Shown here one piece after another: positions 1 through 12,800 of a stretch of 64,000 nt of DNA (the stretch's first letter is position 1; each line of letters begins with the position of its first letter). The notes beneath the pieces were generated by a model, which saw only the letters and a list, made by a program, of their open reading frames with translations, was not told where the DNA came from and did not search any database. Made by a program: the position numbers and the translations under genes. The stretch comes from Antedon mediterranea. Taxonomy: Eukaryota; Animalia; Echinodermata. The stretch covers positions 24,163,432 through 24,227,431 of the forward strand of contig NC_092679.1 of the NCBI RefSeq assembly GCF_964355755.1, written 5' to 3'.

Positions 1-751
1 TAAGTATTATTGATATACTGTTAAGTATTATTAATATACTGTTAAGTATTATTGATATACTGTACTGTTAAGTATTATTGATATACTGTTAAGTATTATT
101 GATATACTGTTAAGTATTATTGATATACTGTTAAGTATTATTAATATACTGTTAAGTATTATTGATATACTGTTAAGTATTATTGATATACTGTTAAGTA
201 TTATTGATATACTGTTAAGTATTATTGATATACTGTTAAGTATTATTGATATACTGTTAAGTATTATTGATATACTGTTAAGTATTATTGATATACTGTT
301 AAGTATTATTGATATACTGTTAAGTATTATTGATATACTGTTAAGTATTATTGATATACTGTTAAGTATTATTGATATACTGTTAAGTATTATTGATATA
401 CTGTTAAGTATTATTGATATACTGTTAAGTATTATTGATATACTGTTAAGTATTATTGATATACTGTTAAGTATTATTGATATACTGTTAAGTATTATTG
501 ATATACTGTTAAGTATTATTGATATACTGTTAAGTATTATTGATATACTGTTAAGTATTATTGATATACTGTTAAGTATTATTGATATACTGTTAAGTAT
601 TATTGATATACTGTTAAGTATTATTGATATACTGTTAAGTATTATTGATATACTGTTAAGTATTATTAATATACTGTTAAGTATTATTGATATACTGTTA
701 AGTATTATTGATATACTGTTAAGTATTATTGATATACTGTTAAGTATTATT
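1..751. repeat. 21-bp minisatellite (TAAGTATTATTGATATACTGT), about 36 copies, truncated by window start
   Basis: Near-perfect 21-bp period read directly; occasional G>A variant (TTAATATAC). Explains the repetitive 49..777 ORF. Confidence 0.97.
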
Positions 752-2640
752 ATACTAACTTTATTCCAAACTGTCATAATGCTTGAAAGTCATTTTCCAT
801 TCCAACCGCGGTCAGGATGCCGTCGTAATTTTACGAATTCTACAGTTGCCAATTCCTTTTTTGCTGCGTATTGGTGTTCATTTTACCAAATCTTTTTGCT
901 GTAATTAAAAATAAAATAGTTGTTGCTGTAGATGTTGTATGCTCACTGCACGCACGACAACACTGTTATCGCAGTGACTCAAATGCTGATGATTTCTATC
1001 TTAAATTCTACTTTTCATTATCATTTTTAGTAAACTTTAAATTTAATTTGGTTATATCAGGGAAGAGTGTATTTCACTGTCCTCTGGTTATATTAATTTA
1101 GACATTACTGGTTACTGTATATTCTTGTGAATAAAACATAGGATAAATAATCAAAGTTGAATACTCAAAAGCACTATGATTTTCATATACAATGGCTGTT
1201 TCGAATCAACTAATCCAATACCGGTTTAAAGCTGCTACAAAGCTTACAGCAATTTGTGCATAATAGCACCATGAATATATTCTTTAAAGATACTTGGATT
1301 TTAATTATTATTCATTTCATTATCATTCTCACAATAGATATAATCTACAAAAACTACTGTATTGAAAAGTACTTATTAGAATTCCTATACTAGGTGCCAA
1401 GGCAGCCATCTTACTATCCATGCATTCAACAACACATGAACAAAATGAAATTTAATTGTTTATTTTTTCTTTTTATAAGTGGAAACATTGGTTTTCATTT
1501 TTTTTTTTATGGAAGAGATTAACTTTATTAAAACTACAAATGAAAGTCTGATTTTATTAACCTTCATTTTTCATGTTTTTGAAGGTTTTTTCCCTGTGAA
1601 ACAAACGAGGGCCAATTATAACACTATAACGAATCTCTCATTTTTACATTTAAATCAATAAACTCGGGTAGGCCAAATTTTTATGGTAATTTGTAAAATA
1701 TAGAATTTTCAACTAAATTATTTTGGTCATATTTCGTATACACAAGAATATGCAGTAACTCGGGCATACCAGTTATTTGGATTAGGTTACAGCTTGTAGT
1801 AAACACAAACGCGTACAGAATGCATGGTTACGATTATTTATGTTATTTTTTTTTCATATTTAATCAAATTGTACACATTTTTAATGAATGTTATTTGTCT
1901 TTGTATATAATGTAAAAATTAATATGCATGTTATAGGTATGTTTACTAGGGTAGTTCCAAAAAAATTGCTTTATTAAAAAAAACATACATTTCAGTATTT
2001 TATTGACTAGGAATGTTATATTCACTATATATTTTTTTTATTCATAGAAAAGAGAAATAGAGTTTTAGATATATAGTATATTGGATTAAAATGATTTATT
2101 TGTTCTTATTTTATTTGAAAATTGCCATAATGACCCATTTAAAAATGCATAAATTGTTTTGAAGTTTGGAAAATAATAATAATAATAATAATAAAAAATA
2201 ACAATGTACGATTGGATTGAACAATGAAAGGGCCCATTCTAGTATGTGATTGTTCAAATGGTTTTTCTGGTTTTTGCTTCTTTCAAAACCATACCTTTAT
2301 CATAGCAGTATTGCTATTAGTAAGATCCAATGTTAAAATCCATTCTAAAATCCAATTAACATAAACATATTTGTTGCTACGTTTTACAATAAATCAGAAA
2401 TCTAAATATAGAATCCCATAAGTGTTGTTACCATGGTAATAATGTTGTAATGTGGCTACATCAAATCTTTTATATTCCAGTCATTTGTCATCATTTTAAG
2501 TTTGTATCTTAAAACACCTGTTGTACTTTGAATGCCAAAGAGTCATTTTCTTTTAACAAACAATAACATATTTACTTGGAAACAAGATATTTTACGATAA
2601 TTTAATAGCATTTTGTTGCTATTAGCTACCAAAAATGCGG

Positions 2641-2913
2641 TCAACTAGATTCAGTGTTGAGTGTTGATCTAAATGTTGTTTTGTCCTTATTGCATTTCAA
2701 CTAGATTCAGTGTTGAGTGTTGATCTAAATGTTGTTTTGTCCTTATTGCATTTCAACTAGATTCAGTGTTGAGTGTTGATCTAAATGTTGTTATCCTTAT
2801 TGCATTTCAACTAGATTCAGTGTTGAGTGTTGATCTAAATGTTGTTATCCTTATTGCATTTCAACTAGATTCACTGTTGAGTGTTGATCTAAAGGTTGCC
2901 ATCTTTATTGCAT
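2641..2913. repeat. 54-56-bp tandem repeat, 5 copies
   Basis: TCAACTAGATTCAGTGTTGAGTGTTGATCTAAATGTTG... starts at 2641, 2697, 2753, 2807 and 2861. Confidence 0.93.
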
Positions 2914-3149
2914 GTTCATAACAATATCCATCTGAAAGCTGCCTCTCGTTCAGACACTATTGATTTGAAAACATATGTCTAGAAAATATTTATAACATTT
3001 TTAACAATTCAAATTTATGTTTTACTCTTTTTATCCAGTATTGTCTGGGTAAACACGATATTATCTCATTATTTCCTCTTTTCTATTTCTTGAATATGTT
3101 GTGAGGGCATCTTGATTTTTTTTTGCTTCAATTTCTTTTTTATTTTTCT

Positions 3150-3330
3150 TAAAAATCTTGTCAAGATCTTGTCTCAGTTTTTGTTTTTTGTTCCATTTTT
3201 CTTTCACTGTTTCTTGGTTGCAATCTGTCATTCACTTGCTCCATCTGCTGCCCTCCCTTCTTGCTATTTGACGTCACATGCCCCTCTCCATTTTGGTTTA
3301 CAAGATTTGTGTAGGCCCATTGTTGCCCAG
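3150..3330 (-). mobile_element. Highly degenerate RTE LINE 3' fragment
   Basis: Mixed-frame translation (KPKWR / GHV / IARREGSRWSK / LQPRNSERK / RQDL) parallels the RTE C-terminus at ~10410-10540 ([10 protein letters not shown]...RW...WQPR...RWRDDL). Confidence 0.45.
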
Positions 3331-4267
3331 CTATGATTTTGTTTCCCAAGTCTCAATTGAATATTCACAATTGCAAACATGCCATTTGTGATAACTCGTG
3401 ATAAATATGATTATTTTAGTAAATGATTTTTTTAAAATTTTACTTACAAATTATTCCGATAAAAATTAAAGAATTGCAAACATTGCTTTAATGTATTTAG
3501 TACAGGTCTCCAATTGAAGACCAATTTAGGTACAACAATTTTGTGTATTTGCTAATTTTGCTCTGTGATAAAATAGTTATTTTGGACGAGTCATTTAAAC
3601 ATAATTGTATACATATTGTATAATCTACTGTTTCCAATTAGATTTGCTAGTAAAATTGTAACACAATTAAAGAAGTAAAATAAATTTAAATACTTTTAAT
3701 TAATAATAATAATTCATCTGCTTTCATAATTTTTTTAAGCGAGGTACTTTTTCTTTGAACCAAATATGTTTGGTACAACGTTCATGTATTAATCTTAAAT
3801 GTTCCTCAAACGAATGAAATAATAGTAAAATATAATATTAGCTAGTAATATTGTTAGGATATGTTTTATTGTTAAATCAGCAAATACTGTATATGGTAAA
3901 AATAAGCTAAGATGATCACTTTGCATATTAACTTTATATACAGTGGAACCCCTATACCCCTATTAAGGGGATAAATTTAAAGTGCGGAAGGTTTCCCCTT
4001 ACTGTATAAACATTTCAGCAAAATAATCAACCATTTGTTCTCTATATACGTTACAAACAGGTTTAAATGCCGAATATAAATGTACATAGTTTATTTATAA
4101 CTGTAAAGCTACTTCTAGCATTACATAGTTTATGTTATCCTGACGAGTATAGACGTTTAAATGCATCACTGTATTCTAGAAATAAATGTTTTATCAGAAA
4201 ATGTATTGAATTGTGACTTCCTAATTATTATTTTTTGTGTTTAAAAATGTACTCATTCTAATCTGAA

Positions 4268-6255
4268 AATCCCTGGTATAGAGACTTTTTCAAAAATAGC
4301 CAATTTTACTTAACTGGTTTCTATGGAAAGATGATGATAACGCAATATAATGATCATATAAAGCTATATTATCGAATAATAATTGAATTTTAAAAACTTG
4401 ATATTTTGGCCATTTTTCGAAAAAAATCCCTGAACTATAGTACAGGGATTTTTTCCAAAATAGCCAATTTTCGACCATTTTATTTTTCAACTTAACTGGT
4501 TTCTATGGCACTATAAGATGATGATAATGCAATATATGATCATATAAAGCAATATTATCGAATAATAATTGAATTTTAAAAACTTGATATTTTGGCCATT
4601 TTTCGAAAAAATCCCTGAACTAATAGTATAGGGATTTTTTCCAAAATAGCCAATTTTCGACCATTTTATTTTTCAACTTAACTGGTTTCTATGGCACTAT
4701 AAGATGATGATAATGCAATATATGATCATATAAAGCAATATTATCGAATAATAATTGAATTTTAAAAACTTGATATTTTGGGCTTTTTTCGAAAAAATCC
4801 CTGAACTATAGTACAGGGATTTTTTCCAAAATAGCCAATTTTCGACCATTTTATTTTTCAACTTAACTGGTTTCTATGGCACTATAAGATGATGATAACG
4901 TAAAAATGATCATATAAAGCAATATTATCGAATAATAATTGAATTTTAAAAACTTGATATTTTGGCCATTTTTCGAAAAAATCCCTGAACTATAGTACAG
5001 GGATTTTTTCCAAAATAGCCAATTTTCGACCATTTTATTTTTCAACTTAACTGGTTTCTATGGCACTATAAGATGATGATAATGCAATATATGATCATAT
5101 AAAGCAATATTATCGAATAATAATTGAATTTTAAAAACTTGATATTTTGGCCATTTTTCGAAAAAATCCCTGAACTATAGTACAGGGATTTTTTCCAAAA
5201 TAGCCAATTTTCGACCATTTTATTTTTCAACTTAACTGGTTTCTATGGCACTATAAGATGATGATAACGTAAAAATGATCATATAAAGCAATATTATCGA
5301 ATAATAATTGAATTTAAAAAACTTGATATTTTGGCCATTTTTCGAAAAAATCCCTGAACTATAGTACAGGGATTTTTTCCAAAATAGCCAATTTTCGACC
5401 ATTTTATGTTTCAACTTAACTGGTTTCTATGGCACTATAAGATTATGATAACGTAAAAATGATCATATAAAGCAATATTATCGAATAATAATTGAATTTT
5501 AAAAACTTGATATTTTGGCCATTTTTCGAAAAAATCCCTGAACTATAGTACAGGGATTTTTTCCAAAATAGCCAATTTTCGACCATTTTATTTTTCACCT
5601 TAACTGGTTTCTATGGCACTATAAGATGATGATAATGCAATATATGATCATATAAAGCAATATTATCGAATAATAATTGAATTTTAAAAACTTGATATTT
5701 TGGCCTTTTTTCGAAAAAATCCCTGAACTATAGTACAGGGATTTTTTCCAAAATAGCCAATTTTCGACCATTTTATTTTTCAACTTAACTGGTTTCTATG
5801 GCACTATAAGATGATGATAACGTAAAAATGATCATATAAAGCAATATTATCGAATAATAATTGAATTTTAAAAACTTGATATTTTGGCCATTTTTCGAAA
5901 AAATCCCTGAACTATAGTACAGGGATTTTTTCCAAAATAGCCAATTTTCGACCATTTTATTTTTCAACTTAACTGGTTTCTATGGCACTATAAGATTATG
6001 ATAACGTAAAAATGATCATATAAAGCAATATTATCGAATAATAATTGAATTTTAAAAACTTGATATTTTGGCCATTTTTCGAAAAAATCCCTGAACTATA
6101 GTACAGGGATTTTTTCCAAAATAGCCAATTTTCGACCATTTTATTTTTCGACTTAACTGGTTTCTATGGCACTATAAGATGATGATAATGCAATATATGA
6201 TCATATAAAGCAATACTATCAAATTTTAAAAACTTGATATTTTGGCCATTTTTTC
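4268..6255. repeat. 184-185-bp tandem repeat (about 10.5 units) with an internal palindrome
   Basis: CTTAACTGGTTTCTATGGCAC recurs near 4491, 4676, 4862, 5046, 5231, 5415, 5599, 5784, 5968 and 6152. Each unit contains GAAAAAATCCCTG-AACTATAGTA-CAGGGATTTTTTC. Confidence 0.96.
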
Positions 6256-6879
6256 AATATGTATTGAGGTAACATGCGCAAAACACATCAGTGTAAAATA
6301 TAGATCTATATTCCATTATGAAAACATAAAATTTTCTTAAAACAAATATAATAAAATTCATGTATTATAAAAAAATATACTTTCATCAAAACATACCTAA
6401 ACTCAACATACATAATTAGATTATCAACCCAACTCCACTTAAATGTAGTTTAAAACAGTCCCAGTGCAATTCTGGTGCTGCATTTCCTAATCCTTAATCT
6501 TTACTGGAGAAATTCAAATATTGTTTTAAAACCTTCCCTGTACAATTGGGGTCATTTTGATACCCCATGTGTATGACGTTTGCTTTTGAAAACAAATTTG
6601 TATGGCCCGCCACACGAATATACACACAATATTGTATCACAACACATTTCTATTTGTTTTTAACATTCATAATCTACAGTACAACTGACCGAAAGCATTT
6701 TGAATGTTTACCACTTCATTTCTTTTCGTTTTTTTTTTGTATTTAGGAAAATTCATACGATTATACTATATGTTACGATTACATAAAAAAAAAATAAACG
6801 CCTCCCAAACAATAAATTCCTCACGACGTGTATTTGAATAAATACGGTATATAAAACTTTCAGCTGCTAACGAGTAAAC

Positions 6880-9800
6880 TTATTTAGATTGTAACTTGAT
6901 AGACTGTGACCTTTTTCTACGAGTTTTTGTTTTGGCATCTGGTTGAGAATTAGCGTTACTTGTTCCATGGATGTCAAGAGGAGCAACTCTGTGTGAAAAA
7001 GCCTTTCTTTTACAAACACATAGAAACACAGCGAGAAGAAGAGCAGCAGCAATTGCTGAGAACACCCATACTACTACAGATGATGACCCTTTAGAATCTG
7101 TTGTAATGAAGTCTTCAACTATCCTACAATAACAATATTAATAATATAATACGTCTTTTTAATCAAAACACCAAAGATCTGTATTTGTTTAGAATAATAT
7201 ACAGCCCATGATATTTATAGCTATTTTTAAAACCTAAAAAATATATTTTTTAGCAATATTGTATTTTAATTTATCTTCTTCAATCGCTTATTTTAAGGCT
7301 GCTCTGAAAAAACTAACCCTTTTAAACTCTTGTTTTCTCTTAGTTTTCTGCTTTTTATTTTCTTTTTTGTGCACTGAGGCTTTGCATAATGCGCTATACA
7401 GTAAAAGCCCCATTTATTATTATTATGGTATTTTATATTTTAAATATTTTAATGTTTTAATATTTTTAAAATATTGAAATGTAATTGTTTTTAAAATGTT
7501 ATATGAATTTATTTGCCAGTGTTAAAGTGTTACTATCTTGATTAGTAGTCGCTACCCCTACTGACAACACGCCCTGCCAGCGCGTCAGTATATGGCAAAA
7601 AACCCACATAACAAATATGGAGAAAGTTTATATAGGAGGCCGTAGAGCCCATGGCCATAACGGGCGCAACATTAGTTGCAATTCGACCAGTAAAAGCATT
7701 GAAGGAGCTTCTTCTTCGTATGATGTTTTGCAGTCAAAGCCTTCGGGAAGCTGTAAAATGGATGAATGTAATAAATCTGGTCACAACGGGAAAACTGAAA
7801 TCAATATATGCACTTATAATGTCAGAACTTTGAGAAACAAGGAAAATATCGAAAGCCTATTAGAGGAACTAGATGGATTCAAATGGGATGTTATTGGGCT
7901 AGCAGAAACCAAGATACATGGTGAAGGATTAACTGAACTTGAGGGAGGTGTATGGCTTTACAACAGGGGCAAAACAGAACAGGACAAAAATGCAAAAGGA
8001 ATTGGATTCCTGATTCATACGAAATTTAAGGACTATGTCAAAGAAGTAAAAAGTGTCTCTAATAGGGTAGCATACATGATGGTACAACTAACAGGAAAAA
8101 CTGAAATGTGCATCATACAAGTTTATGCTCCCACAAGTGATTATGATGATGCAGTGGTAGAGGAATTGTATGAAGACATCAACAAGATCATGACAGATTT
8201 TCCAAGTACATATACAATACTAATGGGGGACTTCAACGCTAAAATTGGACAAAGAGAAGAGGGGGAAGAAAACATAATGGGAACATTTGGATTAGGAGAA
8301 AGGAACAAGAGAGGAGTTAGAATGGTAGAATTTGCAATGGAACACAACCTAAATGTGGCAAATACGTATTTCAAAAAACACAAAACTAGGTACTGGACTT
8401 GGGAGAGTCCCAACAGAAAACACAAAAACCAGATTGACTACATACTAAGCAACCAGCGGGGAATAATTCAGAATTGTGAAGTAATAACCAGTGTAGATAT
8501 TGCAAGTGACCATAGAATGGTCAGGGCAACTCTCAAAATCAACAAAAGACTAGCCAGGCTGAAGTTTATCCAAAATAAAAAGAAGAGAAGAATTAACATC
8601 ATGAAGTTGAAAGAGAATAGAGAGGAATTTCAACTAAAAATAAAAAACCGCTTCGCAGGGTTGGAGTTGGAAGAGTCGGATATTGATGAGCAATGTAATA
8701 TGGTGACAACCATTATGTTAGAAGAAGCCAGAGCTGTAGCTCCAGCAGAAAAAAAAAAGGTCCAAAGATCGGAGGAGGATAAAGAAATAGAGGAGTTAGA
8801 TCAAAGAAGGAAAGAACTTAGATTAAAAGAAACAATGTCTGTACATGAAAAGGTGGAATATGCTGAAGTAGTGAAAACAGTGAAGAAGAAGCGCAGACAA
8901 AGAAAGAGGCGGAGAACTGCTAAATTCATCTTAGAATCACTGGAAAGAGGAAGGGGGCCAAAGACAATACAAAAAAAGCAATGCAAAAAATCTAGAATGA
9001 GTAAACTAAAGAAAAAAGATGGAACTGAAACCTCAAAGAGATCTGAACTGCTAGATATTTGTGCAGATTTCTACCAAGATCTCTACAAATCATCAACCCA
9101 ACAGTCTGAACATATAAACATTTCATCAAGAAATACAGATATACCACCGATACTGGAAAAAGAAGTGGAGGAAGCATTAAAGAGCATGAAGGATGATAAA
9201 GCACCAGGAAAAGATGAACTTACAAGCGACATCATCAAGCAAGGAGGGGAGGAGATAATCCAACAGCTAATAAAACTTTTCAACCAAATCTTAGTGATAC
9301 AGAAGATACCAAGAGCATGGAAAGAAGCCAAGATCATTCTTTTGTTCAAGAAAGGGGACAAAGCAGATGTTAAAAACTACCGTCCCATTAGCCTCTTGTC
9401 TCATCTGTACAAAATCTTCACTAAAATAATCCATAACAGAATAAGAGATGTTTTAGACAACAACCAACCTAGAGAACAAGCAGGTTTCAGAGCAGGGTAC
9501 TCGACAATAGATCATCTACAAGCAATAAACCAGCTAATTGAAAAGGCAAGTGAATACCAACTCAAACTCTGTCTTGGCTTTGTGGATTACCAAAAGGCAT
9601 TCGATTCTATTGATCATTTGGATATGTTTGAGGCGCTCCGAAAAATAAATGTTGATGAAGGTTACGTCAGAATCATAGAAGATATCTACACTGATGCAAT
9701 AGCCAGAATCCATATTGATAATGATATATCAAGAGAGGTTCATATACAGAGGGGGGTACGACAAGGTGATACTCTGTCCCCAAAGATATTCACAGCAACC

Positions 9801-12800
9801 ATCGAAGAAGTATTCAAAAAGGCTCAGCTTAATGGAGGTATAACTATTGATGGAGAAATGCTTACAGACCTTCGTTTTGCGGATGACGTGGCATTGATTT
9901 CAACATCAGTTGCAGATATGAAAAACCAACTCTCAAGTCTGAATAAGGAGAGTAAATCAATCGGACTAACTATGCACAAAGACAAAACAAAATACATGAC
10001 TAACTTTGACACACAGGAAGACATTGAAATAGAGGGCCGGAAACTAGAAAAAGTGGAAGAATATAAATATCTAGGACAAACACTGAAAATGGAAGACACC
10101 ACGAAGGAAGAAGTTATGTTAAGAACAAAAGCAGGATGGATGAATTTTGGCAGACACAAACACATGTTGACTGACAAGAGTATACCAATGTCACTGAGAA
10201 AGAAATTATTTAACCAATGTGTGCTATCAAGTATGACATATGGTTCAGAGACATGGGCAATAACAAAGGAACTTGAACAGAAACTTACAACTACTCAAAG
10301 AGCAATGGAAAGGAAGATGATGAACTTATCGCTTCGAGACAGGGTAAATCATACAATCATAAGAAAAAAGACAGGTGTTACAGATATAATGGAGAAAGTA
10401 AGACAATCAAAATGGAGATGGGCTGGGCATGTGGCGAGATTTCAAGATAATAGATGGACATACAGATTAACAGAATGGCAACCAAGGGTAGGAAAGAGGA
10501 AAAGAGGAAGACAAAAAAGAAGGTGGAGAGATGATCTAACAACATACATTGGAACGGCTGCATGGACTAGGACAGCAAGAATTAGACAGAAATGGAAATG
10601 TTATGAGGAGGGCTTCATTCAACAATGGATGAACTAATTGCCTAGATAGATGTTAAAGAATTGAACCACAATCTATTAATATTTTTGAAATAAATAAAAA
10701 ATACCTTATTGTTATTGCTGTGAGACTTTGATTGTTATGAGAGACTATAAAGTTGCCAGATTCAATAGCAGTTTCTAATGAGTTGTATACATCATATGAA
10801 GCTATTCCTGAAAAACAATGTGTGACATAAAAACATGATAACACACTTACTTTCCAAGATAGCCAATAATACTACGAAAAATCATTCACATCATCAAACT
10901 TTGTATTTTCCATCTATTTATAATCTGTACATGAAATAGTACTGTAGTGTTTGTTAACTTTTTTTCATTATATTATTAAGAACCGTTTTCATTTACATGG
11001 CAACAATTTAAAAAAGAGGTTCCGAAAAATTTGAAAAAGATCACACAGAAGAAGATCTAAATTTCTATTTAGAAAATAAAAATATTACTTACTACATTGA
11101 GGAGTGGCATGCTGTATAGTTAATGTTACAAAGATATCATCATTTATGATCTTCATCTCATACACTTCCAATCGATCCCTAACAATAGAAATAGAAGAAA
11201 AATATTTAAAAATCTGGTATTTGATAAATATTATAAATTGTAAATACACTTGAACCTTGACATTACATATTGTTTTTCCAGTTATGGTCAATGTAAATAT
11301 GTAATGTAATATATAAATTTGATCAGTGTTATTGCACTTACTGTGATATATTAGTTAATGTAAGAACCATTTGATTGACAGCATCTAAGAATTCTTCATC
11401 TTTTTGTTCATCAAGTGAATTGGATGTGTCATTAAACTCAACCTCAATCACTAGATCGTCATCTTTGGCAAGACTTAAGCCGGTCTCTGTCAAAAATATT
11501 TAAAAAAAATAAGCATGGACATCCATAGATAATGTTTACAACATTTTAAGAACATTGACATTCAAGATAAAGGGTTTAATCTATGTTTTAATTGTCAATA
11601 ACAAATTATCTGACTCAACCTGTAACAGTCTGTAGTGTGCACACAAAACATTGATTTTTTTTTAATTTATGTACGTTGCTCTGCTTTTGTATTGAGCACT
11701 GTTTATGCCTTCCATCAAGCCCAACACACAGATTATTATACAAATTATACAAATTAATTAATTAAATTTCAGTATATTACCGGGCGGTTTAGAATTAATG
11801 TTCTTTGCCTGATTTGTTTATATATATATATATATAAATCCAAAGGCAAATTACTGAAAAAAATGACAATGCTGTGGGTATCAGTGGCTGGATCTCAATG
11901 GAGATACAAAAATAAAAAGCGAAAATCTAAATCAAATCGATAAAGTAAACAGCCAGAAAAGTTGGCAGAGCTTTCGGGCAACACTAGCCCTTCATCAGTG
12001 CAATATATATATATATACGTTAAGTCTGGAAAAGCAGTAAAAACTACAGTTTGATCTCTACAGGCTTGTTTCGTGAGTCGTGCAACTCACTCATCAGGAG
12101 ACTATAATGAGAACAATCAATTACAACGTTGCTTAAGCACATTTACTTGTAGAATTAGCATTTACAGGTGATATGTTTTGGAATGTCAGCTGTTATGTAA
12201 CAATGCTTTCTTTCTGTGCCGGCAGGCGGACACGAGTTTGTTGCGTTTGTTTAATGTCGATAATTCAGGGTGGCGGATGATAAATAATTTCCCTTTGAGG
12301 CAGAGGTTGCATTTTTTGTTTGCGCTACTATATGCTTTAGTAGATGTCAAGATGCGCCATGTGATTGAATAGTCTGTGTTGTTGTCCTTGAGTGTCCAAA
12401 TATGTTTACTGAGTTCGGTTGAGTTTCTAGAACGTGTATGACGGAATGATGAGGTGTGATTCCTGTATCGCGTTTTAAAATCATTTTCAGTGAGTCCGAT
12501 ATAAGTTTCCGAGGTGGATTTGTCTTTGCGTGTAACTGTGGCTTGGTATATTATAGATGAGTGTAGGCAATTTCCGTTTAGCGGGCATGTGTTTTTCTGT
12601 CGGCAGTTGCATGTTTTGATTTCTTGCGTATTTTCCATGGATGTTGTTTCGGGCTGGTTGAGTATTCTCTTGTTGTGACTGTCTATTATCTGTTTCATAT
12701 TGTTCATACAACTGTAGCTAATCTTGATGGTGTTTCGGTTGAAGATTTTTCTTAGTTTGTTATCTTTTGGAAAATGTTTGTCTACTAGGGATAGGAATTT

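Noticed and set aside
49-777. 242-aa ORF of (ILNSISI)n
   Set aside because: By-product of a stop-free frame in a 21-bp minisatellite; no other coding support.
760-898. Possible minus-strand exon next to the 21-bp array (TTACAG acceptor, GTTAGT donor)
   Set aside because: Stops in all three frames; could be UTR but cannot be supported.
4290-5967. Repeated 60-66-aa ORFs (MKNKMVENWLFW...)
   Set aside because: Artefacts of the 184-bp satellite with TTG starts; frames are broken between units.
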